Positions 30,071-38,903 of a stretch of 61,188 nt of DNA are shown here, piece by piece (positions within the stretch are counted from its first letter, which is position 1; each line of letters opens with the position of its first letter). Both the position numbers and the translations under genes were made by a program. The DNA comes from an uncultured Gemmatimonadales bacterium (lineage in GTDB: Bacteria; Gemmatimonadota; Gemmatimonadetes; JACCXV01; JAHWKZ01): the NCBI GenBank assembly GCA_964619975.1, contig CAZUIY010000061.1, positions 1 through 61,188 on the forward strand, written 5' to 3'. A model generated the notes under the pieces. It worked only from the letters and a program-made list of their open reading frames with translations. It made no database searches and had not been told where the DNA came from.

Positions 30071-30511
30071 CTATACGTCAAGCATCGCCAGGCAATACCC
30101 CTCGCAATGGCCGACTGCTTGCATCTTGCTTTTGCTTTTTCCCTGCTTTTTACGATCAAAGTTTTTTGATATCCGGTACAGCCATTCCTCGGTGTCGATC
30201 TGTTCGACTTCCAGATTCCATTCGCCTTTTTCGCAGACAAAATAAGTTTCTCCATCTTCATGCCACACAAACTCAGGAGTGCTGAACTCTGCTTCGGGGA
30301 GTGTTGTGATTTCAAACTCTATTTCAGGTTCGACATTAAATTTAACAGCCAAAGATTCGGGATCACCCTCTTGAAGGACGCTTGCGGTTTCTCCAAGTTC
30401 ATCGCCTGACTCCGGTTTAAGTTGCACAGACCGAAACGCTGACATGTAGGTTTCTGATTTCACCCACCGATCAACATTCCCCGACCGGACTCGATAATTC
30501 TTGCTTGCCAT
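30071..30511 (-). CDS. Hypothetical protein
   Basis: 146-aa ORF in the co-directional block. Confidence 0.55.
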   Translation of the reverse strand: MASKNYRVRSGNVDRWVKSETYMSAFRSVQLKPESGDELGETASVLQEGDPESLAVKFNVEPEIEFEITTLPEAEFSTPEFVWHEDGETYFVCEKGEWNLEVEQIDTEEWLYRISKNFDRKKQGKSKSKMQAVGHCEGYCLAMLDV

Positions 30512-30806
30512 ATTCTACTGTTGAGAAAAAACTGTGGACTGAATCTCTGGTTTCTATTTCACGAATTTGAGACAATGTATATTCGCTCTCTTCATTTTTA
30601 GCAACATTAAAATGCTCGAATAATTGCGTCAGGAAAAAACGGTTTATCGAACTTTTGAAATTGACGTGAACCAAACCATAGTCCCATTTATACTTCACAG
30701 AAATAACGTAATTTTCATTGGACAAACTCTCATAATACGCATAATTATACAACACCACCTTGTAGTACCCGAAGCGCAAAAGAAGTAGCCTGAGTTGTTT
30801 GATCAT
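30471..30806 (-). CDS. Hypothetical protein
   Basis: The ATG at 30806 (MIKQLR) lies downstream of the promoter at 30882; the longer ORF-track start runs through regulatory DNA. Confidence 0.5.
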   Translation of the reverse strand: MIKQLRLLLLRFGYYKVVLYNYAYYESLSNENYVISVKYKWDYGLVHVNFKSSINRFFLTQLFEHFNVAKNEESEYTLSQIREIETRDSVHSFFSTVEYGKQELSSPVGEC

Positions 30807-30819
30807 TTCGTTAGTTCGT

Positions 30820-30860
30820 AAAAAAGCCGGGGCGGGGAAAGTGTGGAAACCACCCCGGCC
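30820..30860 (-). terminator. Hairpin plus U-tract just downstream of a promoter (possible attenuator)
   Basis: GCCGGGG/CCCCGGC stem followed by T6 on the - strand. Confidence 0.5.
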
Positions 30861-30881
30861 TTTGTTGAGCAATAGCGACTT

Positions 30882-30932
30882 CAAATATAGCGTTTCACCT
30901 GCACCACAAAACAATCTTAACTTTTTTTAACA
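30882..30932 (-). promoter_or_regulatory. Promoter with tandem box: TGTTAA-N4-AGTTAA-N27-TATATTTG
   Basis: Read directly; same geometry as the sites at 46486 and 54619. Confidence 0.7.
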
Positions 30933-30933
30933 C

Positions 30934-30977
30934 AAAAAATCCGGCGAAAAAAAGCGTTTGCCCCCTCCCACCGGATT
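30934..30977 (-). terminator. Intrinsic terminator after the 428-aa gene
   Basis: ATCCGG/CCGGAT stem followed by a T-run on the - strand. Confidence 0.55.
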
Positions 30978-30999
30978 CTTATCTCCTGCAAAATAGTTA

Positions 31000-32286
31000 T
31001 CAGGCTACTTTCTCAAGAAATTCTTTGTAGTGATCAGGGTTCTTACTGAAGAACTCAGCGATGGTTTTGATATCCCAAGACTTCCCTTCGTTCAAGTCCT
31101 TCGACGGAACAAAGTTATTTCCCTCGATGTCCTTCACCCATCGGTTTGTTCCAAGCTGAAGTTTGGGTTCTTCGCCATGGCACAATCCACGAATTACTTC
31201 CTCGATTTCGAGTGGATCCTTCGCCGTCATTCCGGCACCAGTAATCTTCTCAGCCAGAGTTTTCCCTTCCGCTTTGGCTTCTTGATGTTCCGCCAGTTGG
31301 GCTTTGAGTTTGTTGATTTCCCCGGTCTCCTGGCGAACCTTCTTTCCAAAGCTGGCGAACACATCGCGTACAGCAAGAACAATCTGTCCAAGTTGTACTG
31401 TATTGGCCATGTTCATCACGGCTTCAACGACATTTCCTCCGCGTCCAACTATGGCAATGGTTTCGTCTGTCGGAGTTCTTACCGCTCCATCAGCACCTAC
31501 TATAAGGTACCCGGATTCCACGGCTTGCATCACGGACATACGCTGTACCATTTCCGGTTTGAACAATTCGTCTACCTTCTCTGGTTTGCGCATGGCTGTC
31601 ATAAGCAGGTAGTCTTCCGCTTCTGAGTAACTGAATCGCTCTCGGGCCTGTTTCAAAGTCAGTTCCCGAAGGGCTGCAAACATCACCCAAATCGTTTCTT
31701 TACGATCTGTTTGGATTAATGATGTGATTTCGCTGATCACTGTTGCTTTATCAAGGTTCGACCGCTTACGGTTTTCAGAGATTTTTTCTTTGTTCAACTC
31801 GTAAAAGGTCGGCACTCCCCTCCGCATCTTTGAATCGATGTCACGGTTGAGGTTGGTTGCTCGTAGGTAGGCCAGTTTGTTCACTTCATGGCGACCCACT
31901 CTGATCAATACGCTGTCATGGAACTGTAAGTCCTCGACTCTTTGATCGTAGACTTCTCTTTCTGTGAGTCCGGAATACTCCATGATTTCCTCCAAAAAGA
32001 TTGATCTGGCTCCCGGAACATAGCAGATAACGGATTCTTCCATTACCACACGACCCTCACTGTCTTTGATGATTTTTACTTCCCCGTCTTCCTGAGTGAA
32101 TTTTGGAACAAGGATTCGGTCTACTCCGGGAATGCTCTGAAAGTTCCCGTTCATTTTACCACCTTCCCGTTCTCGCAATGTTCGAAACACGACTTCTTCG
32201 CCTGTGTATTCCGGTTTTGCATAACCGTTTCGATATCCTAAGATCGTCATTAAATCACGATCCTTTGTTTTTACTGAATTTCTCAT
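31000..32286 (-). CDS. Conserved crAss-like protein downstream of the major capsid gene
   Basis: Position right after the MCP; ICYVPGARSIF.E..L.F.D..LI.V..KL.YL..TFYEL.KEK pattern. Confidence 0.65.
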   Translation of the reverse strand: MRNSVKTKDRDLMTILGYRNGYAKPEYTGEEVVFRTLREREGGKMNGNFQSIPGVDRILVPKFTQEDGEVKIIKDSEGRVVMEESVICYVPGARSIFLEEIMEYSGLTEREVYDQRVEDLQFHDSVLIRVGRHEVNKLAYLRATNLNRDIDSKMRRGVPTFYELNKEKISENRKRSNLDKATVISEITSLIQTDRKETIWVMFAALRELTLKQARERFSYSEAEDYLLMTAMRKPEKVDELFKPEMVQRMSVMQAVESGYLIVGADGAVRTPTDETIAIVGRGGNVVEAVMNMANTVQLGQIVLAVRDVFASFGKKVRQETGEINKLKAQLAEHQEAKAEGKTLAEKITGAGMTAKDPLEIEEVIRGLCHGEEPKLQLGTNRWVKDIEGNNFVPSKDLNEGKSWDIKTIAEFFSKNPDHYKEFLEKVA

Positions 32287-32312
32287 TTTGTTTATTTTGT
32301 TTGGTTTGATTT

Positions 32313-32346
32313 AAAAAAAGGGAGAGACTGTAAAGCCCCTCCCTTG
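32313..32346 (-). terminator. Intrinsic terminator after the major capsid gene
   Basis: AAGGGAG(G/A)G stem followed by T7 on the - strand. Confidence 0.8.
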
Positions 32347-32360
32347 TTGGTATTCAAGTA

Positions 32361-33788
32361 CTACCCTTGTGATACTTTTACGTATCCACTTTGGTTGGCA
32401 GCCATCAACTCAACTCCCATTGTAGAATAGAAACGGAGTTCTTTGTACTGCGCCCCTGTGTCACCATGCTTCGTTGCGTCAAACAACTCAGTTGTCATAG
32501 ACATGTCACGACCTTCGAGGTCGGTAGCATAACGAGCACGGATCGGCGTTACCATACTTCCAGAATCTTTATCCAAAGCCAATCGCTCAGGAATAATCAT
32601 TCCTTCGCGTGGGTAAGGATAACCCTCGGCTCCGAGCGTCTGCAAGTCGATGAAACTTGGCATGGTCTTCAAGTCGAAGTAAACACCGTCAACTTCAATT
32701 CTCTTGAACGACAGAGAAACGAATTTCTCTTCATCACCTTTGAAGTTTCCGATATTGATTACTCCACCTTGAAGTTCATCTAATCCCATCTTATTGATAT
32801 CGCTACGAAGTTTCTGACCCATCAAAAACATGTTGTAGTCCGCTCCTTTTTGTTTCTTCAACACCATTGCGATGTTTCGGGCCCAGTTAAAAGAAGGTCC
32901 GGTCACTGAACTGTACTCAAAGATGTTGGATCGACTCAACATTTCAGGGATCAGTCCGTTTCCGGAAGCAATCGGATTACCTGTGGCGGCAGATGCCTGA
33001 GTGATTGCGTTGTTGGTCATTTTTTGTCCAAGCATGCAAGCAAGCTCTCGCTGATTCAGCGCCACATCAAGATGCTCCGCATAAACTTTCGGAGTCCAGT
33101 ACTTGTTCTGACCACTGGCATCAGTAAACCACATGCGGCTCATTTCACCGTGGCTCGTGATTCGGGTGGAGTGGCTAGAACTGTTCAGCCCATTCTTATA
33201 GTTACTCCATGTCAAAGACAAAGGAGCAGCTACCCCTTGCGCGTCACCACTCTGGTTGTATAGGATAATGATTTCCTGAGCCGTGTTAATGGCAGGGATC
33301 GATTCATCACCCTTTACAGGTTGAGCGGTAAACTCACTTGAAGAGGGGTCAACAGCGGTTACACGACACTGGATCATGTTACCACTGGCAGCGGCTCCCG
33401 TGCCGGGACGCAATTGAATGATGTCTCGTACACGCACAGGGAATTTCTTCTGGTCAGAAGAATCCGCTGAGTTGTAGGGAGGGTCAGGCGTACCGTAATC
33501 GACATCGATTTCAGCAGCAGAGGTCACGGTAAATACTACCGCAGCACCGGCAGCGCCAGCACCCGCGTTCGTTGCGATGATTTTCGGCATCCAACGGTCG
33601 CGCTCATAGGTAATGTAAAACAGTCCTTCAACGGCCTTTCGGTCCATTAAAAGGTCTGCGAGGTCTGTGAAACGCTGATTGGCGAACGGATACACCAATT
33701 CGGGAGTTCGTGGCTCCTTTAATGTATCGTAGTAGTTCCCAAAGACAGCGTTAGTTTGGGCTTGCATAGCCCCAGGTTGATAGCTCAT
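32361..33788 (-). CDS. Major capsid protein (HK97 fold, crAss-like with insertion domain)
   Basis: 475 aa; downstream of portal and scaffold; C-terminal GNGLIP..F..I.VDG..F.LK..P.F..S.MGVELMAAN; strong terminator downstream. Confidence 0.85.
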   Translation of the reverse strand: MSYQPGAMQAQTNAVFGNYYDTLKEPRTPELVYPFANQRFTDLADLLMDRKAVEGLFYITYERDRWMPKIIATNAGAGAAGAAVVFTVTSAAEIDVDYGTPDPPYNSADSSDQKKFPVRVRDIIQLRPGTGAAASGNMIQCRVTAVDPSSSEFTAQPVKGDESIPAINTAQEIIILYNQSGDAQGVAAPLSLTWSNYKNGLNSSSHSTRITSHGEMSRMWFTDASGQNKYWTPKVYAEHLDVALNQRELACMLGQKMTNNAITQASAATGNPIASGNGLIPEMLSRSNIFEYSSVTGPSFNWARNIAMVLKKQKGADYNMFLMGQKLRSDINKMGLDELQGGVINIGNFKGDEEKFVSLSFKRIEVDGVYFDLKTMPSFIDLQTLGAEGYPYPREGMIIPERLALDKDSGSMVTPIRARYATDLEGRDMSMTTELFDATKHGDTGAQYKELRFYSTMGVELMAANQSGYVKVSQG

Positions 33789-33839
33789 TTCAGTTGAGAT
33801 TAAGGGTTAAAAAAAATCTACTGAAACCGCTAAAGATTG

Positions 33840-35087
33840 CTACCCGCCATACCGTTGTTTGAATTGGAGATCGAGCTCTGACGGTGCTGTGTTCTTTTCC
33901 GCAACACGCTCAGGCTTGTCTTTGTCTCGCTGAATATTGTCTCTCGAAGCTTCGTACTTTTTAATGGCTGCAGCCACACCGGCTTTTACCATTGATTTTA
34001 CGATGCTGTCGAAGTGCTGTGTCCGAACCCGATCCTGAACCATTAAAGCATGATTCGGTTTTCCTTCTTCGTCGTAGTAGCGACTTTTTATCCAGTCTTG
34101 ATTAAAAGACTTCCAACTCTCACTTTTTTGATCTTCCTTAAATGAATACTGAAGCTTTACTGGCCCCATATTCATCGGTAAATCTACTTCAACGGATTCC
34201 GTTGTGAATCCGTCCAACGCTTTTGATAAATCTCGGCGGGCAGCTTCGATCTGTTCTTGCGTTGCTTGCGGGCTGCTTGCCTTAGCAGCTTCTTCGGCTT
34301 CAAAGTTAATGTTTAAATCAAAGCCTTCTTTATGTTTTTTTAACATTTCCACACTTTCATGCAGAATTGTATCTCTTTCTACCTGTAACTCACGTAGTTG
34401 TTGCGGAGTAATTTTTTCTTCCTCCACCATTTCAGCCAGTTCTTCCTTGGTTTTATTCAGGACATCGAACTTTTCCATCTGAAATTCTACCCATCCGTTT
34501 GGTTTGGTGGGGTTGTTGATACGGAAATGGTACTGCATTTTTTCCTGATCCGACATCTTCTCGACATCTTTCTCCTTCCATCGCAGCGCATCCAGCAATC
34601 CGTAGCCTTTTTCCTCTCTGAGTTTCGCGTCGTAGGCCTCAATGGTCTCTGCGGTAACTGTCGGTTTTTTGTTGGCGGCTTCTCTGAGTTGTCCTACCTC
34701 TTGAAGAAAGTCGTCTACACTGGTGGTCTTACCATCTGTGAGTTGACGGATTTTGTTTTCCAGTTCGGCACGGAATGAATCATCCGCTTTGGGTTCAACT
34801 TTTTTCTCTGGATCAACTTCTGCTTTCGGTTCTTCTTCGTCCGCGTTGGCCTCAATCACTTCGGATTCCTCTGGCTTTGGATCTTCATTTTTCGGTTCCT
34901 CAGCCTTGGGGTCTTCCTCTTTGGGTTCCTCGGCAGGTGGTTCAGCGGCGGGAGGCTCAGTAGGCGGTTCTTCTGCTTTTGGTTCCGGTTTCGGTTCTTC
35001 CGTGGGATTCTCAGCGCCGGGAACCCCACCCCATTCTTGTTTCGCTTCTTCTTCGGTCATAAGACCGTTTGATTCCTTGGTAATCAT
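33840..35087 (-). CDS. Capsid scaffolding protein
   Basis: Highly acidic Pro/Glu-rich N-terminus and helical body; between portal and MCP. Confidence 0.7.
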   Translation of the reverse strand: MITKESNGLMTEEEAKQEWGGVPGAENPTEEPKPEPKAEEPPTEPPAAEPPAEEPKEEDPKAEEPKNEDPKPEESEVIEANADEEEPKAEVDPEKKVEPKADDSFRAELENKIRQLTDGKTTSVDDFLQEVGQLREAANKKPTVTAETIEAYDAKLREEKGYGLLDALRWKEKDVEKMSDQEKMQYHFRINNPTKPNGWVEFQMEKFDVLNKTKEELAEMVEEEKITPQQLRELQVERDTILHESVEMLKKHKEGFDLNINFEAEEAAKASSPQATQEQIEAARRDLSKALDGFTTESVEVDLPMNMGPVKLQYSFKEDQKSESWKSFNQDWIKSRYYDEEGKPNHALMVQDRVRTQHFDSIVKSMVKAGVAAAIKKYEASRDNIQRDKDKPERVAEKNTAPSELDLQFKQRYGG

Positions 35088-35111
35088 AACTTTATTTGTT
35101 TTGGTTTGTAT

Positions 35112-35501
35112 TTATATGAGTTCGGGCAATTCAGCACACGGTTTCAACTTGGTAGCAGCATGCTCTTCCTTCATGTAAAGAAGGCTTTCTATCTTTTCAT
35201 CGCTGAATCGAACAGAATAAACTCCGCTCCATGTGTCCTTAATTAGGTGTTCAAAACATCTCGGGTGCTCACTTCTAATCCTACGTTCTATTTTTTCATA
35301 CAGACGCTTACTTGACGTGAAAGCCTCCGTCCCTGAATCAACAGGCTTTACATCGACCAAGACTACTTCATGCCCTTGAAACATCAACTCAATTACATTA
35401 TTGATTATCCGTGTTGTATTACCACACCTTCTGTTTTCAACCATCGACAACCCCCCAAGGCTAGACACTACTTTAATGTCAATACTGTTCTGTGCTTCCA
35501 T
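35112..35501 (-). CDS. Small protein with a degenerate P-loop-like motif (RRCGNTT)
   Basis: ENRRCGNTTRIINNVIELMFQGHEVVLVD; inserted between portal and scaffold. Confidence 0.55.
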   Translation of the reverse strand: MEAQNSIDIKVVSSLGGLSMVENRRCGNTTRIINNVIELMFQGHEVVLVDVKPVDSGTEAFTSSKRLYEKIERRIRSEHPRCFEHLIKDTWSGVYSVRFSDEKIESLLYMKEEHAATKLKPCAELPELI

Positions 35502-35521
35502 GATTTATTTTGTTTTTGGGT

Positions 35522-38029
35522 TTACTCAGTTACCGACTCGGTTGTTCGTTGAGTCGCTTTTCTTGGTGGTGTTCGAAAGGTTTTTGGTTTACGGGAAAGG
35601 TCACTTGCGGTTTTTGTTCCACTTGATTGCTCTCCCTTGGAATACAATGCCTCTAAACGGTACGTGTCTTCAATCTGCTTGTCGTCACGATCTGCGGTAG
35701 CATGAATCTCATTGAGTTTGTTGCTGCCTTCCATGACTTTGGTTTCGTCGATCTCAGCCATTTTGTTGTTATGTCGCTGAGTTTCTTTCTCCATGTCGGC
35801 GATTTTCTTGGCTTCGATGATTCTTTCTTCTGCTCCGGCTCTGGCATCTGCGGAGCTCATGTTTTTCTGAGCCTCCAACTCTACGGCCATCTGCTGAGAC
35901 TGTGCCGCGGACTGTTGTGCTTTACGCTCCTCAAATTTCAGAAGCTGCATGATTTCTTTCACATTGCTCAGATTCCGTACATCGATCACAGTACTTGGGC
36001 GAATAGTGCCGGCTTGTAATCCGATTTCGATTTGTCGCTCCATCATTTGAAGCTCCGATTCATCCGGAAGGCTTTCTACGTGGGTTCCAAAAACAGGGAA
36101 GGCCAGTTCATCGTCCATTTTCAAGACTTCATAATAACTGTCTCCAATCACCTGGCGATACTCTTCCTCGCACATCCCGTTTCGGATTTGTGTCTGGATC
36201 ATATCCCTGACAGTGTCTCCTACCATCTGAAGGAAAGTCACGTTGTATGCGTTGAAAAGTTCACGTAGCAACCTGTGTCCGCTCATGGCTTTCATTTTCT
36301 GGATTCCGACAAGGGCATCCCGGCTTTGAACACTTCCGTCAATGGCATCATTTACACCGGTGGATTCCCGTAGGTTCACCATTTTGCTGTTGATGTGTTC
36401 AAGATGCATCCGCATATTGGGACCGAAGTCTGACTTCACTTCGTGGATGGGAGCGTTTACGTAATGACCATCATCAGTCCGACTCACATAGAATCCAATA
36501 CCTTTTGTCTGGTAAAGCCTGATGATTTCTGAAGGCTCGACCTTTTCACCCATGGCTGTGAACACTTCATTCAGTCCAAACCAATCCACGAAATATCCCG
36601 GCGGCCTGCTCTCCGCAACAAGCTGACGTATTTTATAGATAGAAACCAGAATATCTTCCACATCCGGAACCATGTCGTCAACAAGGCTTGAACTGCGCCC
36701 CATTCTTTTTGTAGGTTCCACGTAAAAGAACCGTCTCGATAGTTCTGCTGAACCTCCTTTTTCGGTGTATGGACGAACCATATTCTCCTGAAGGCACCAA
36801 CCAAGAGTCTCGTTGATCGCCGGAACAAACAGCCCTTCGTAACACACTTCCTTTTCACTGCGGACGTATTCGTGCTTCGTCTTTTCAGGAATTGAGTGCT
36901 TGATGTCGATGTACTCACCGTTCTCCTTGATTCGGACAAAATCACTATTGATCGTGTAATAATTAATCCACAGTGCCTCTACCCTGAAGTCATTGTAAAA
37001 ATAATCTCCATAGGCCGGGCGGTAGTCGAACATTACAAAATTCCCCTGTGGGTTCCCTTGTCTGCCCGCTACTTTCTCCGCAAGTTGATAAAGCACCTTT
37101 TCGACTTCGTAATCGTTGGCTTCCTTTCCGTCTGCCCCACGAATTGCTTTTTTGTCTTTTACAAAATCACGAATTTCGTTGATTGTCCAAAGTCCAAGAA
37201 GTCCATCGTAGTCGTTGTTCCTGTTGGTGATGTCGTCACTGGCCGGACGGACATACGCAGCGATGTCTCCGTACTTTATTTTTATCCTGTCGTTCTTATC
37301 AAAAATCGCATAACCAAGTAGCTTATTGTTCTCTACAAGATCATGGACAATTCTCGGCTCAATTTCTTCGTAGTACTTATTGCCTTTGAATACATGAGAA
37401 ACCAGTTTCTCCATGGCAATCTCCTTCATGAGCCTGTACTTCATCTGCATGTACATCTCAACGTCTGCCGAGGAATCAAGCCCTGCTTCTTCTGCGTTCT
37501 CAGGAACTTCTTTTTGTCCAAGGATTCCCGCCAACTGCTCAAGCATGTCTTTAGCGTAAATCCGTGACAGCAATTCGTTTTTCTTGCGCTCCTTTTCCTG
37601 ACGGCTGTTCCGGTCAATTGCGTTGTACCGCAGGACATTCTTGGTTTCTATGATTGCTCCAACGACCGAATTAACAAATTTCTTACACGGACTCCATGGC
37701 TTCCACGAAATGTTTACAAGGCTGCCTTTGAATAATGATTTTTCTTTTGTCTCTTGGTTGAAGTATGGATCCACCAGAGTTTTCAGGTGCTCAATCGGTG
37801 GTTGGTTGGCCGCGTGTTGGCGGTTCAGGTGAATGCGCTCGACTTCTTCAAATGCCAAGGCGTGATACATGTGCTTGTTGTAAACGGCAAGCCCGACCTT
37901 ATTGGCAAAATCTTTCGTCTCTTTTAGATGGGTCGGAATGTTGGTGCCTGGAAACGGGTTTTCCATACATCCCTTTTCGTACTTATTCAGGCTATTTTGC
38001 CTGTATTGCTGCTGAATTTGATCTTGCAT
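35522..38029 (-). CDS. Portal protein (crAss-like, large)
   Basis: 835 aa; PKFV-like KKFVNSVVG, IRESTG.N..DG-like LRESTGVNDAIDGS..ALVG; long C-terminal coiled coil; first gene of the head module. Confidence 0.85.
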   Translation of the reverse strand: MQDQIQQQYRQNSLNKYEKGCMENPFPGTNIPTHLKETKDFANKVGLAVYNKHMYHALAFEEVERIHLNRQHAANQPPIEHLKTLVDPYFNQETKEKSLFKGSLVNISWKPWSPCKKFVNSVVGAIIETKNVLRYNAIDRNSRQEKERKKNELLSRIYAKDMLEQLAGILGQKEVPENAEEAGLDSSADVEMYMQMKYRLMKEIAMEKLVSHVFKGNKYYEEIEPRIVHDLVENNKLLGYAIFDKNDRIKIKYGDIAAYVRPASDDITNRNNDYDGLLGLWTINEIRDFVKDKKAIRGADGKEANDYEVEKVLYQLAEKVAGRQGNPQGNFVMFDYRPAYGDYFYNDFRVEALWINYYTINSDFVRIKENGEYIDIKHSIPEKTKHEYVRSEKEVCYEGLFVPAINETLGWCLQENMVRPYTEKGGSAELSRRFFYVEPTKRMGRSSSLVDDMVPDVEDILVSIYKIRQLVAESRPPGYFVDWFGLNEVFTAMGEKVEPSEIIRLYQTKGIGFYVSRTDDGHYVNAPIHEVKSDFGPNMRMHLEHINSKMVNLRESTGVNDAIDGSVQSRDALVGIQKMKAMSGHRLLRELFNAYNVTFLQMVGDTVRDMIQTQIRNGMCEEEYRQVIGDSYYEVLKMDDELAFPVFGTHVESLPDESELQMMERQIEIGLQAGTIRPSTVIDVRNLSNVKEIMQLLKFEERKAQQSAAQSQQMAVELEAQKNMSSADARAGAEERIIEAKKIADMEKETQRHNNKMAEIDETKVMEGSNKLNEIHATADRDDKQIEDTYRLEALYSKGEQSSGTKTASDLSRKPKTFRTPPRKATQRTTESVTE

Positions 38030-38046
38030 AAGTCAACTGAGTTGAG

Positions 38047-38087
38047 CAAATGTAATCAAAATCAGCCGAACTGTTAAAAAGTGTTAA
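38047..38087 (-). promoter_or_regulatory. Portal-operon promoter with an inverted tandem TGTTAA box
   Basis: TACATTTG on the - strand at 38047-38054; TGTTAA-AAAG-TGTTAA on the + strand at 38072-38087. Confidence 0.65.
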
Positions 38088-38092
38088 AAAGC

Positions 38093-38121
38093 AAAACCCC
38101 ACCAGTCACGGTAGGGTTTTT
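38093..38121 (-). terminator. Hairpin terminator after the 123-aa gene
   Basis: AAAACCC/GGGTTTT stem. Confidence 0.55.
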
Positions 38122-38156
38122 CGCATGATTAAACGTGTTTTCGATTTTTTCTTAAA

Positions 38157-38528
38157 CTACGCATTGTAACTCAATCCGTCACGTGCCTTCCGAAAGACTG
38201 ACAAATTGGGTGATTTGATAATGGCATCATTTAAGTAGGGTCTATTCTCATTTCCGGCAGTCTTACCGCATTTATCAGAAAATGTCACCTCCGGGTTTTC
38301 CGAAATAAAATAAATATGGTCATAGCCTTGCTCCTGTTTACCATCACTACGCTTGACCTCTGCGGTCGCCACGTAATCATTGGTTGTAAGCAAAACATCC
38401 ATTTCAACATCCTGACCGATGTCGATATCAACTACCACTTCTTTTTCGACACTGCCTGTGGTTAGGGCAATGGCTGGGAGGGAAAACATCAGTAATCCGA
38501 CCAGCATTAGATTGAACAATCGTTTCAT
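38157..38528 (-). CDS. Secreted hypothetical protein
   Basis: MKRLFNLMLVGLLMFSLPAIA signal peptide; monocistronic, with a TGTTAA-N4-TGTTAA box at 38563-38578. Confidence 0.7.
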   Translation of the reverse strand: MKRLFNLMLVGLLMFSLPAIALTTGSVEKEVVVDIDIGQDVEMDVLLTTNDYVATAEVKRSDGKQEQGYDHIYFISENPEVTFSDKCGKTAGNENRPYLNDAIIKSPNLSVFRKARDGLSYNA

Positions 38529-38710
38529 GGGTCCTAAATTAATAACAATTTTGGAAAAAGGTTGTTAAACCCTGTTAAAAACAGACACCCCAACCGAGTA
38601 AACGGCTGAGGTGTCTGCTAACCAATCCTCCATTATGAAAAAAATACAGGAGCAATTTAAGCAAATCTGTGGATTCTACAAATCCGGACGCGAAAAATGT
38701 AAGAAACACA

Positions 38711-38740
38711 AAGCCCCAACCGAATGAACGATTGGGGCTT
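38711..38740 (-). terminator. Terminator closing the ncRNA cluster
   Basis: AAGCCCCAA/TTGGGGCTT 9-bp stem followed by a T-rich tail on the - strand. Confidence 0.7.
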
Positions 38741-38752
38741 CTCTGTCGTAGC

Positions 38753-38887
38753 GGGGGCATCCATGTAACGGCATCGCACTTTGTAGCTTTCCACGGCTCC
38801 TTGATCTGAGCCGACTCGGATTCACAGCAGAGGTACGCAGACTGTGTTTCGCAAACCTAACCGCCGTTAGACAGTTTGATAGCCCCC
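38753..38887 (-). ncRNA. Candidate 135-nt structured ncRNA
   Basis: Ends pair (GGGGGC/GCCCCC, ATC/GAT, TAACGGC/GCCGTTA); internal hairpins CACAG/CTGTG and GGCTC/GAGCC; non-coding, between the tRNA-like RNA and the terminator. Confidence 0.55.
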
Positions 38888-38903
38888 TTTTCTGGGTGGT
38901 ATG

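Noticed and set aside
38655-38695. GGATT-CTACA-AATCC hairpin resembling a Cas12a repeat
   Set aside because: It is a single copy with no spacers or array. No CRISPR array was seen anywhere in the window.
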